DNA from: a virus
Lineage: Duplodnaviria; Caudoviricetes
Length of the DNA: 64,000 nt
IMG/VR virus record: IMGVR_UViG_2912838376_000002
Span: 96,001 to 160,000 of that record
Reading direction: 5' to 3' (one strand)
The notes beneath the pieces were generated by a model that made no database searches, was not told where the DNA came from, and saw only the letters and a list, made by a program, of their open reading frames with translations. The position numbers and the translations under genes were made by a program. This document shows positions 19,538-28,449 of the stretch, one piece after another (positions within the stretch are counted from its first letter, which is position 1; each line of letters begins with the position of its first letter).

Positions 19538-19611
19538 TGGTGCTAGAAAGAAAAATCAGAAGAACAACTTCCTCTGAACCAAGAGACGGCTTGGACCCTC
19601 CCGAATCTAGC
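19538..19611 (-). tRNA. Degenerate tRNA-like RNA
   Basis: GCTAGA/TCTAGC acceptor plus ACCA and tRNA length, but no T-loop consensus. Confidence 0.4.
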
Positions 19612-19622
19612 ATAATATGAGA

Positions 19623-19696
19623 TGACGTATGCCGGATTCGAACCGGCGAATATCGGATAGAAAGTCCGATGACTTAGGCCTCTTGTCGAATACGCC
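19623..19696 (-). tRNA. tRNA-Glu(TTC)
   Basis: Loop CTTTCTA. Confidence 0.9.
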
Positions 19697-19821
19697 ATGA
19701 AAGATATAATCACAATCCGACACCCATTAGCGAAAGAAAATACCGAATGGGGATTCAGTAACACAAAATATAAAATAAAGGAGTGATTGAATGAGACATG
19801 GATGCCGGATTCTAATTACGG

Positions 19822-19896
19822 TTGCTAACGCTCTGGAATCGAACCAGATTTGCAAGGGTTATGAGCCCAAGTGAGATTGCCAACCTCCCGCCAGCT
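19822..19896 (-). tRNA. Divergent initiator-like tRNA-Met(CAT)
   Basis: GGG/CCC anticodon stem, loop CTCATAA, unpaired first position. Confidence 0.65.
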
Positions 19897-19909
19897 ATAA
19901 TATATAAGA

Positions 19910-19983
19910 TGGAACTTGTAGGACTCGAACCTACGACCGGACGGTTATGAGCCGTCTGCTCTGACCAACTGAGCTAAAGATCC
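19910..19983 (-). tRNA. tRNA-Ile2(CAT)
   Basis: Closely resembles Bacillus Ile2 (GACGGCTCATAACCGTC). Confidence 0.85.
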
Positions 19984-19990
19984 ATAAATA

Positions 19991-20062
19991 AGCACCTTAC
20001 GGGAATCGAACCCGTACCGTCTGATTGGAAGTCAGAAATCATAGCCATTAGACCAAAAGTGC
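19991..20062 (-). tRNA. tRNA-Gly(TCC)
   Basis: Loop CTTCCAA, U discriminator. Confidence 0.9.
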
Positions 20063-20068
20063 ATGATA

Positions 20069-20143
20069 AGCAGAAGACAGGATTTGAACCTGCGAGATAA
20101 TTGGGTTGCAGCCAATCGCGTTAAGCCACTTCGCCACATCTGC
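20069..20143 (-). tRNA. tRNA-Cys(GCA)
   Basis: Loop CTGCAAC, U discriminator. Confidence 0.9.
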
Positions 20144-20152
20144 ATAATAAAA

Positions 20153-20334
20153 TGGCGTGCATGGTCGGAATCGAACCGCCCTTCTGGACTATGACCTCCT
20201 GCTCTGATACAGTGGCTTACCATAGTCAATCTCCTCACCAATCTAACCGTAACGACTTATCGTTCATCTATGTTTCAGAATACATAGGGCCCCAATAAGC
20301 TTTCGAGAAAGATTCGTTTCTACCTGAGCTGCAC
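20153..20334 (-). ncRNA. 182-nt RNA with tRNA acceptor, T-arm and CCA around an expanded body
   Basis: 5' GTGCA pairs with 3' TGCAC-G-CCA; GGTTCGATTCC T-loop; three inner hairpins. Confidence 0.6.
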
Positions 20335-20340
20335 ATAATA

Positions 20341-20428
20341 TGGCGGAGGGTGAGGGACTCGAACCCCCATCGGTTTTACCCTACGACAGTTTTCAAGACT
20401 GTTCTCTTACCAATTAGAGTAACCCTCC
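20341..20428 (-). tRNA. tRNA-Ser(TGA)
   Basis: Loop CTTGAAA, long variable arm, CCA. Confidence 0.95.
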
Positions 20429-20436
20429 ACATTAGA

Positions 20437-20516
20437 TACGGACGGAGAGACTCGAACTCTCACGCCGAAGCACTAGATCCTAAGTCTAGCGTGTCTGCCA
20501 ATTCCACCACGTCCGC
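20437..20516 (-). tRNA. tRNA-Leu(TAG)
   Basis: Loop CTTAGGA, variable arm. Confidence 0.95.
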
Positions 20517-20522
20517 ATAATT

Positions 20523-20597
20523 TGGCTCTGACGGTAGGATTCGAACCTACGACCTTTCGGTTAACAGCCGAGCGCACTACCACTGTGCTACGCCAGA
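20523..20597 (-). tRNA. tRNA-Asn(GTT)
   Basis: Loop CTGTTAA, CCA. Confidence 0.95.
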
Positions 20598-20646
20598 ATA
20601 ATAATATTTAACAACATAAGTACTTATACTGTGATTTTGTTTTCAT

Positions 20647-20675
20647 AACATAAGCACTTCTTTTTTATTTGTCAA
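20647..20675 (-). promoter_or_regulatory. tRNA-array promoter TTGACA-N17-TATGTT
   Basis: AAGTGCTTATGTT, 50 bp upstream of the first tRNA. Confidence 0.7.
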
Positions 20676-20690
20676 CATTTACTTTAATTA

Positions 20691-21011
20691 ATTGCTACCT
20701 ACACAGCCTAGCAGTGATTGAAGGTGTGCATAAAGACCATTTTACTGTTATCTAGGGTTTTTATAATCGTTTATCTTTGTGTTTTAAACTTTATAAAATA
20801 AGAACTTTGAACCCTAATCCTTACACTTTAAACCTTGAACTTTGAGCTTTTCTCACCTGTTTTGATTATTTCTTAATCAAATTTTAATTCGTCCTATACG
20901 AATATTCTCTTTGTAAGTACGCCCATGTATTGGTCATAAATGTTGGAGCTGGGAATTTAACGTCCCCCGGCAAGACGTATACACGTTTTAACGTTCCGTG
21001 TAAGTAGCAAT
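20691..21011 (-). ncRNA. Candidate 320-nt RNA with heptad repeats
   Basis: 14-bp closing stem 20691-20704/20998-21011; seven tandem AA(A/G)G-type heptamers at 20802-20850. Confidence 0.6.
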
Positions 21012-21023
21012 ATTAGTTATAGA

Positions 21024-21650
21024 TTAAGCAGAAATCTCAATGAAAGTAGTGGCATTCGCCTCTGACTTAACTGAGTCTACTTCAATCAAGAATGCATTAA
21101 TTTCTGTTTCAAGCTTCTCAATCTCTTTACGGATTTCGATTGGATCAACCACTTTTGGATTGTAACGTTTTAAGAAGTTTTCCGTAATTTCTTCAACTTC
21201 TGCAGCATGATTCTTACGATCTTTAGAACCAAGGTCTGCTTCTAAACGCTTATCTAAGCGATTCTCCATTTGTTGCTTCTCAATCTCCATCTTTTGATTG
21301 ACTACAGCTAATTGACGTTTTAATTCATTAAGAAGTGATTGCTTGTATTCGATGAATTCTTGTTGATCAATCGCTTCTGCAATTGTCATTTCAACACCAG
21401 CAATATTCACTTTCGTCGTTGCGTTCGCCAAGATTAGCTTTGATTTGATTTCGTTGCGGCGCTTAATTAAGTCCGTTACAGACTGATAACCAGCTGCAGC
21501 AAGTTCTTCAAATTCTTTTGTTGATTGATACCCTTTTGGTTTTTCTTCACCAATTTGGTATGTTACGTATTGCTTGTCATTAATAGAAGAAAGAATACGT
21601 TTATTTAACATTTTTAACTCTGCTAATGCACGATGTAATGATAATTTCAT
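21024..21650 (-). CDS. Long coiled-coil protein, DIP1984/DUF6847-like
   Basis: LHRALAELKMLNKRI...MTIAEAI...VDP...EVDSVKSEANATT pattern; family call from memory. Confidence 0.7.
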   Translation of the reverse strand: MKLSLHRALAELKMLNKRILSSINDKQYVTYQIGEEKPKGYQSTKEFEELAAAGYQSVTDLIKRRNEIKSKLILANATTKVNIAGVEMTIAEAIDQQEFIEYKQSLLNELKRQLAVVNQKMEIEKQQMENRLDKRLEADLGSKDRKNHAAEVEEITENFLKRYNPKVVDPIEIRKEIEKLETEINAFLIEVDSVKSEANATTFIEISA

Positions 21651-21904
21651 ATATATTGCCTCCCTTTATTCTCATAGGTAAATTAAGGGCTCCTACCACT
21701 CCCTTAATACTAGTGAACTATCACTAGGGTCTTCCTCCTCACAGCGAAAACCATCCTAATATCTATTGAAAAAAACGTTGAATGCAATTACTAGATTACT
21801 AATTCAACCCTATGAGTAAAGAAAGTCAATACCTTTTTTAAAATTTTTAAAAGTTTTTTTGCAAATAAAAAAGCAGACACAAAATGTGCCTACCTTTTCG
21901 AGAA

Positions 21905-22888
21905 TTAATATCTTGTTAGATTCGCATAAGATAGAGAAACCCAACCATCATGCACTCTCGCCCATCCACCGCTAATATCGTAGATGTTCCATGTGTCTCC
22001 ACTTGAGATAGTACGAATAATATCTCCGTCTGTCGAAGGTTTAGTGCGGACGTTTAAGTTTGCAGTAGTTGTGATTTTTCCGATTGGATTACGTTTTCCT
22101 GCTAAGTCTTCAGGTGTTCCATTAGAAGAACCTCCTGCAGGTGTAAACTTAACATAAGCAGGTCCTGCTGATACCCACTGGTTTCCTCCAACGTTGTACA
22201 TGCCGTTAGATAATCCCCAAGTCTGGTATGTTTCGCCTTTCTTCACAGTTTTAACAACTCTTGAATCAAAGCTAGCAGATTCACGAACGTTTAATTCTGC
22301 AACAAGAATCTCAACAACACCAATACCATCTGTAGAAGGTGGTGGTGTTACTGGCGGCGCTACAGTTGAACCATTAAGTTCAGCTTGTACTGCTGCTAAG
22401 AAACTATTCCATCGTCCTTCATCTAGGATACGGTGCGGACAATTCTTAACTGTTCTAGAATTACCGTTTTTAACACCAATCTCTGTCCAACTCTTATGAG
22501 TACGAACACGATCAATTCCCCATCCGCGCTCTCTTAGTAATTGAGCAACGAATTTAATAGCTAATGCTTCAGCTTTTGTATATCTTGAACCGCCAGATAA
22601 TGAGTAACAGATTTCAACACCGATAGATTTTCGGTTTCCGTTACCACCACCATCACCACAATGCCAAGCATTACGATCAACCGGAATACCTTGAATAACT
22701 TCGATATCATCTACTGCGAAGTGGAATGAAACCTCGTTATTGTTTCCGATCATGTAGTTTACCTCGTTCTTAGCAGGCGCATCATTATAAGTGTTATGCA
22801 CTGTAATGTACTCTGCTTTCATAGAATAAGGACACTTGATTGGGTATTTGCTTGTAGCCACAAGATTTTGTTTAACTGAAATGGCCAT
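21905..22888 (-). CDS. N-acetylmuramoyl-L-alanine amidase (endolysin) with two SH3b domains
   Basis: ITVHNT, SFHFAVDD, AWHCGDG, SIGVEIC, KNCPH; LNVR repeats. Confidence 0.95.
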   Translation of the reverse strand: MAISVKQNLVATSKYPIKCPYSMKAEYITVHNTYNDAPAKNEVNYMIGNNNEVSFHFAVDDIEVIQGIPVDRNAWHCGDGGGNGNRKSIGVEICYSLSGGSRYTKAEALAIKFVAQLLRERGWGIDRVRTHKSWTEIGVKNGNSRTVKNCPHRILDEGRWNSFLAAVQAELNGSTVAPPVTPPPSTDGIGVVEILVAELNVRESASFDSRVVKTVKKGETYQTWGLSNGMYNVGGNQWVSAGPAYVKFTPAGGSSNGTPEDLAGKRNPIGKITTTANLNVRTKPSTDGDIIRTISSGDTWNIYDISGGWARVHDGWVSLSYANLTRY

Positions 22889-22961
22889 AGTCGTACACCT
22901 CCGTATAGATTGGAATGCACGACTAAATTAACCACTTCCTAAATTTGGCTCAAGGTTAAAC

Positions 22962-25526
22962 TTAAGCTACTTTATTGAACTCTCCTAAACGAAGAGAGAT
23001 AACATATCCATGTTGCTCTTGTGTTGCTCCTTCAATGCCTAATAGAGTTGCTGAATGTTGGTTGCCGTCCAACAATAGAGCTTCAGTCATAGGCACTTGC
23101 CCTTGTGCTACAACTGCTCCGTTTTTACCTACCATTGTTACTAGTTTATTTGTTACAGGGCCGTTTCCTAATTGTAACTCACTCTTTAGGTCAATTCGTT
23201 TGCCGACGGATTGTGCCCAAGATTGCGGTGAGTAGCCCGTCGCAAATCGAATAACTGTTTCAGTCTGAGTTAAATTGCCTGCACCGTCTTGTAAATTGCC
23301 CATTACTTGAACGGTTTGTTTTTGCTCAGTTTGTGTATGGATCCCTGTTTCTTTTAGTGTTTGATTAATAACACCTGCAACTAATCCATTTGCCGCTTCT
23401 GTCAACTCTTGACGAGAAGTTGGTAATACTTGCGTTTGATTACGAATTTCTTGAACAGCTCCACCCATATCTTTTGCTTGAGAATGAACTAGTTCTTGAT
23501 ATCCTTGTGTGTAGTTAGTACCTGCAGTAGGATTGATTAATTGTTTCGCTTCTACAGGATTGTATTCTTTATTCATTAACGCTTCCGCAGATACCGTTTC
23601 TTGTGGAGCGTTTACTACTGGTGCATTTTCAACTACTGGAGTTGTTTGAGTTTCTACAGGAGTAGCTTCTGTCTTAACAGCTGCATGTGCATTAGCTAAT
23701 TCTTGTTGTCTCTCAGCATATACTTCTTCATTAATTGGTAAGAAACTTGTTACTTCACGAGCTTCCCCTTCTTTTTCATAAGGGAATAATGCTACTTCTT
23801 CTAATCGATCAAAGACTAAGAATAGTGATTTACGTTGAGTTCCTTGGTCAACTAATAAGTTAACGTCTGTAATACGAGCTAACCATTTAGAATTACGCAT
23901 TGTTTCTTTTGTTAGTGTGTTTGATGCTGTTGCCATTTCAAATACATCATACATTAATGAAACACGTTTCAGTTGTTCTTCTGGACGAGTGAATAATCCT
24001 AAGTGAACAACTTGTCCAACCATTGCTTTAGCAGCTTCTAAGCTAAACATAGATTCTGCCATTGGGTGTAATGGTAATGCAATTTCATTAGTTAAAGGGA
24101 AATCAGATGGGACTTCACCTTTAGTTACTACTTCTACTGATGTTTGTTCAGTTTGTGTTTCTGCTGCAGGTGTTTGAGAAACTGGCGCCGGCTGCACAGT
24201 TTGTTCAATAACACTAGCATCTAATTTAAATTGAGCGTATGTTTTTCCATCTTGCTCTTTCATCGTGTAATCAAGAATAGTAGCCATGTAGTTGTTTGGT
24301 TTAAGAGCTGTTTTCTCGTCAACACCAACTACAACTGTACCGTTAGCATTCTGCGTAAATAATCGAGCTATTCCATCTGCAGAACTAATTCCGTATTTTT
24401 GAGCCATTACAGCTTCTTTTTGATTTGCGAATGTACCAACAAAGCTTGGATGAAGCATGAAACTAGATACGATAAATGGTTTCTCTTCCACTTCTTCTTG
24501 TGTTGTTGGTTCTACTACTTGAACAGGTTTCTCTTTAGCTACAACCTCTTTAGATTCAGCTTCTTTAACGTGTTCTGGAACTTCACCTTTTTCTAAAAGA
24601 TTTGTAACGTTCTTTACAACCCAGTGATCCTTCTCTAATAATTGAAGGTTTTTATATGTAACATTTGTGTAACGAGCACGAGAACGCTTAGTTACTTCTC
24701 CAAATGAAACTACATCACAAGTAATGAATCCATCGTTCTTAAGATGTTTCTGTACATGCTCTGGGAATTGCTCTAACTTAATTGTCTTAGCAATAGCAAC
24801 TACTTCATCATCTAAGCAAAGCATTAACATGAATGAACGCTTCTCGCGGAAGATAACACCACCACGCTCAATGATTTGATTCATGTGTTCTTCTTCTTTA
24901 GCTGTAGAAATAAGACCAAACTCTTCTACATACTCAGTTTCATCTACTGGTGCTTCTACTGTTTTTACTGTTTCTTCCGTTACCGGTTCTACTTTTACTG
25001 TTGGTTCTTCAATTGGTGTGTCGATTGGTAATTCTACTTGCTCAGCTTCTTCTAATTCTGTTTTAGTTTCGCCTTCCATATCTTCAACAGTTTGAATCTC
25101 TTCAGTATTCATGTCAGCTGCTTCGTATTTTACAGCCGCTTCATCTTCTTTAACTTTAAGAAGTTCTTCTGCTAATTTAGATTCTTCTTCTTTAGCTTCT
25201 TGTTCCATTTGTTGATTGTATAGAGCAGCTGCGTTGTTTTGGTCTAGTTCTGCTCCTAATACTGTTTCCTCTGTTACAGGAAGAACAACATCCTCTGTAA
25301 CTGTTTCAACTGGTGCTACTGTTTTTTCTACATCTGGCACTACTACAGTGTTAGATGATAATGCACTTAGGTATTGTTCAATAACTGTTAACATGCGTTG
25401 CTTAACAGCATTGTCCTCTTCGATGTTTACTCGTTTTAATAAGTGATCAAATTCTTGTACGTTCATTAATATTCTCTCCTTTTCATATGAATCGATTTGT
25501 TTTTGAATTGAATTTACTGTTTTCAT
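22962..25526 (-). CDS. Large acidic hypothetical protein
   Basis: 854-aa ORF with E/T/V/P-rich linkers, GAGGAG RBS. Confidence 0.85.
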   Translation of the reverse strand: MKTVNSIQKQIDSYEKERILMNVQEFDHLLKRVNIEEDNAVKQRMLTVIEQYLSALSSNTVVVPDVEKTVAPVETVTEDVVLPVTEETVLGAELDQNNAAALYNQQMEQEAKEEESKLAEELLKVKEDEAAVKYEAADMNTEEIQTVEDMEGETKTELEEAEQVELPIDTPIEEPTVKVEPVTEETVKTVEAPVDETEYVEEFGLISTAKEEEHMNQIIERGGVIFREKRSFMLMLCLDDEVVAIAKTIKLEQFPEHVQKHLKNDGFITCDVVSFGEVTKRSRARYTNVTYKNLQLLEKDHWVVKNVTNLLEKGEVPEHVKEAESKEVVAKEKPVQVVEPTTQEEVEEKPFIVSSFMLHPSFVGTFANQKEAVMAQKYGISSADGIARLFTQNANGTVVVGVDEKTALKPNNYMATILDYTMKEQDGKTYAQFKLDASVIEQTVQPAPVSQTPAAETQTEQTSVEVVTKGEVPSDFPLTNEIALPLHPMAESMFSLEAAKAMVGQVVHLGLFTRPEEQLKRVSLMYDVFEMATASNTLTKETMRNSKWLARITDVNLLVDQGTQRKSLFLVFDRLEEVALFPYEKEGEAREVTSFLPINEEVYAERQQELANAHAAVKTEATPVETQTTPVVENAPVVNAPQETVSAEALMNKEYNPVEAKQLINPTAGTNYTQGYQELVHSQAKDMGGAVQEIRNQTQVLPTSRQELTEAANGLVAGVINQTLKETGIHTQTEQKQTVQVMGNLQDGAGNLTQTETVIRFATGYSPQSWAQSVGKRIDLKSELQLGNGPVTNKLVTMVGKNGAVVAQGQVPMTEALLLDGNQHSATLLGIEGATQEQHGYVISLRLGEFNKVA

Positions 25527-25565
25527 AATCTACTTACTCCTCTCACGATCTGATTGACTTAGATG

Positions 25566-25594
25566 AACGTAAGCAGTTGTTTCTAAAAATGCAA
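25566..25594 (-). promoter_or_regulatory. Promoter TTGCAT-N17-TACGTT
   Basis: AACTGCTTACGTT. Confidence 0.6.
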
Positions 25595-25809
25595 TAACAT
25601 GGGCAATAGTTTTTTTGGCAATAAATTAGGCAAAAGAAAAAGCCCTTCGGCAAAAGGACTCTTTCGTTTAACTAATTAAAAAAAGAGAGGGCGTTAGCCC
25701 TCCCTCTTAAGAATGGTTTCTTACTTTTCTTTTACAGGTAATACATACATCAGAATAATAATCTACTTTGTGCTTTTTTCTAAGCTTGCAAATAACTGAC
25801 GTTACCTTT

Positions 25810-26652
25810 TTACACATTTTTGGCACCTCCTTCCGTTACTGGTCTAACTGGTAATAATGTAGCTCTTGATGAATGAGTAAGAGCGTTAAAATTTGTATAG
25901 TGATGATATAGTCTTCTTTCTGCAAAGATCTGATTTAGGTATCCCATCGTAATCAATGCAGCCATTTCATTTGATTGCATTCTTTGTGGTTGAGAAACAA
26001 TATTCTGCCCACAACTTTGTGAAGGTAAGAGACTTTCATTGTCTTCTAATATGTCTGGATAAACTCCGGCAACCGGTGCAAGCATCGTATCGTTATGATG
26101 TAATCCAACTACACAATGACCTGCGTATCCTGAACGGATTTTTTCTTCATCTGTTCCTTCAAGTAATACACCGTCAACTCCACAATCTATGTAGATGATG
26201 TTATGGTCTTTCAAAAAGTATTCGTGCATAATTTTTCTCGAAGCATGATTATCAACTGCGCCAATTAATACACGGAACAAAACACGAGAAGAATCAAGAA
26301 CATATGTCTCCTGGTTAGAACGGAAACAATTCGATAATTCTTCAACAGACTCTACATATTCTTCACGATGATAGATAGGAAACTGATAAGACATTCCATA
26401 TCTCTCTGCTAATACCTTCGCTTTATTCTTATCTAAATCTCTAGGTAAGAATGGTTGTCTTTGTAAGTTTTTTTCTTCAACTCTATCTAAATCAACTAAC
26501 GTATAATCAAATGTTGTATGACTTGAATTTTTAGTCAAAGAGGATATTAACTTAGCTAATCGCTGAGTTATATATCCCCCATTTCCTCCACAACCAACTT
26601 GTACAATATCAAAATGCATTGTTCTACTTGGATAAAATTCTAGCGCTCTCAT
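25810..26652 (-). CDS. ThiF/E1-like activating enzyme, PRTRC type
   Basis: VGCGGNGG, DLDRVEEKNLQRQ, NKAKVLAERY, GAVDN, catalytic-type SC. Confidence 0.9.
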   Translation of the reverse strand: MRALEFYPSRTMHFDIVQVGCGGNGGYITQRLAKLISSLTKNSSHTTFDYTLVDLDRVEEKNLQRQPFLPRDLDKNKAKVLAERYGMSYQFPIYHREEYVESVEELSNCFRSNQETYVLDSSRVLFRVLIGAVDNHASRKIMHEYFLKDHNIIYIDCGVDGVLLEGTDEEKIRSGYAGHCVVGLHHNDTMLAPVAGVYPDILEDNESLLPSQSCGQNIVSQPQRMQSNEMAALITMGYLNQIFAERRLYHHYTNFNALTHSSRATLLPVRPVTEGGAKNV

Positions 26653-26656
26653 TTAA

Positions 26657-27151
26657 TCACCCATTCTTTGCGCCTTTTACGATAGGCACAATTAGTTTTT
26701 TATCTGCATCAACATCCATATGGCAACGTTCTTTAGAAAGTTCAGGGTAATCTAATTCCAACCATTCACGAACTTGTTCTAAAGTCATATCGTTTTCTGG
26801 TGGATTATATTGCTGTGCAGCATAGGCGATATTCCAAGTTGTATCTACTTTTATATTCTTTTTATCTACTGGCTTAGTAGTCTTCTTATCTTTCCCCTTT
26901 GCCTTGCCTGCTGCTGGTTTCTTTTCTTCCTTATTAACTTGAACTACAGGTGGCTTTTCTTCTTTCACTTGAACGACTACAGGTTGTTCAGTCTGTGCTA
27001 CATTATCAAAAGGGTTGTTACTACTAGGGTTATCAAATAAATTTGTACCTGCTGTTGTTTGAAATAGCCCATCAAATTTTTTAGATTCTGTTGGATCTAA
27101 GAAGTCGTTCTGTGATAAATCAATCTTGAATAAGTCGTTTTTCTCTGTCAT
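26657..27151 (-). CDS. Prokaryotic ubiquitin-like protein with long disordered N-terminus and free C-terminal Gly
   Basis: LEQVREWLELDYPEL...VKGAKNG, resembling the PRTRC protein C / Prok_Ub YPEL...KG pattern. Confidence 0.7.
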   Translation of the reverse strand: MTEKNDLFKIDLSQNDFLDPTESKKFDGLFQTTAGTNLFDNPSSNNPFDNVAQTEQPVVVQVKEEKPPVVQVNKEEKKPAAGKAKGKDKKTTKPVDKKNIKVDTTWNIAYAAQQYNPPENDMTLEQVREWLELDYPELSKERCHMDVDADKKLIVPIVKGAKNG

Positions 27152-27188
27152 ATAAATACCCTCTTCCTATTGAATTAATATTGGCGAT

Positions 27189-27914
27189 CTATTTTACTGG
27201 GAAATACACATTAACGAATCTTTGAACTAAGTCCACTGATGTATAATCTTCTTCGATTAATTTGTCATAATTAAAATGGGGTTGTCCCTGCGTCTCACTA
27301 AAGATTTGTCGCAAAGGCCAACCCCATTTATTTTTATTCTCTAAATTGTAGTAGTGATCTGTGAATGCTGCAGAAAGCCAGTTATGAATAAACGATGACA
27401 TCTGAGCTAAATCCTGCATTTCTGTTAAAAAGAAGAAACACATTTCTCCGTCCTTTTGTACATGCGAGAAAGGAAAACGATACAACTTAGTTGTGTCACG
27501 AAATACTTTATCTCGGAACGCATAACATCTTTTATTCTCAAGAAGATATTTATCTCCATTCGGTCTAAATACAAAAACAAACAATAAGTTTGGAAATGGA
27601 ATTTGCTTATACTTTGTTGAATGATATGTTAAGTTATGTTTGAATTCTTTCTTCTCCATGAATAAAACAATCTTTCCATCTGGTAAAGCCATGTATTTTA
27701 CAGTGCCAGGTGGTAGTGCTGGTGTTTCAAAAACAGGTATATCCAACTTCTTTGTATTTGTTTTTGTTTCATAGCAGTTCTTCTGTACAAATTCAAATAG
27801 TGTGTTGTGGTCTATATGGAATGAGCGCTGTGCTCCGTTCTTCTCGTATTCGACAAGTGGTAATTTTTCGTCTCCAATTGTAATTTTAATCATTTTGTAA
27901 TTCTCTCCCTTCAA
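27189..27914 (-). CDS. Prokaryotic E2 family D-like protein (PRTRC protein B-like)
   Basis: IPFPNLLFVF...LYRFPFSHVQKDGEMC. Confidence 0.75.
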   Translation of the reverse strand: MKGENYKMIKITIGDEKLPLVEYEKNGAQRSFHIDHNTLFEFVQKNCYETKTNTKKLDIPVFETPALPPGTVKYMALPDGKIVLFMEKKEFKHNLTYHSTKYKQIPFPNLLFVFVFRPNGDKYLLENKRCYAFRDKVFRDTTKLYRFPFSHVQKDGEMCFFFLTEMQDLAQMSSFIHNWLSAAFTDHYYNLENKNKWGWPLRQIFSETQGQPHFNYDKLIEEDYTSVDLVQRFVNVYFPVK

Positions 27915-28449
27915 CTAATGAGTTAATAGAATCGTTGACATCCCTAAGTTCTATTAGGAATTCAATCGTATCGTTTATATCAAGACCTCCATTGTCTTGC
28001 ATGCCTATCATGAAAGTACCAGGTTGGTTTGCGAAAGTAGAATGAACAGGGTCATCGCTACATGCAATTTTAGAATCTGGTAAGTAAACAAACTCAACTA
28101 AATTTCCGCAACTTGTATTTGTAAGTACTTCAATATTTCTTGTGAATTCAATAAAAGTTGGTTGATTCGCATAAGGTAATAATGAAGGAACACGTATAGC
28201 CCCAGCTATATAGTAATTCCATCCGTCTGCAAGCTCTTCAGAAACTTCATGAGGTACATCAATCCAATCAAAATCAAAATCGAATAGGTAAGGTAATGCC
28301 TCTTGCAATTCGTGTATGTATAAATCGCATTCCTCTGAAGTGCATTGTTTTAAGAACTCAATTAATCCATCATCTGTAATGTCATACGCTTTAATTAGAG
28401 TTTGAACGAACAGGTTTCGTTTAGCTTCTAATACGGGAAACTTTAACAT
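27886..28449 (-). CDS. Hypothetical protein in Ubl cassette 1
   Basis: Overlapping ORF chain. Confidence 0.7.
   Translation of the reverse strand: MLKFPVLEAKRNLFVQTLIKAYDITDDGLIEFLKQCTSEECDLYIHELQEALPYLFDFDFDWIDVPHEVSEELADGWNYYIAGAIRVPSLLPYANQPTFIEFTRNIEVLTNTSCGNLVEFVYLPDSKIACSDDPVHSTFANQPGTFMIGMQDNGGLDINDTIEFLIELRDVNDSINSLVEGRELQND

Noticed and set aside
17632-20241. Short ORFs overlapping tRNAs (17632, 17696, 18244, 19543, 20032)
   Set aside because: Shadows of tRNA genes and RNA structures
20153-20334. Canonical tmRNA
   Set aside because: Too short, no G3-U70 pair, no evident tag reading frame
20802-20850. CRISPR array or iterons
   Set aside because: Units are 7 nt, degenerate, lack spacers and sit inside a closing RNA stem; no cas or rep gene
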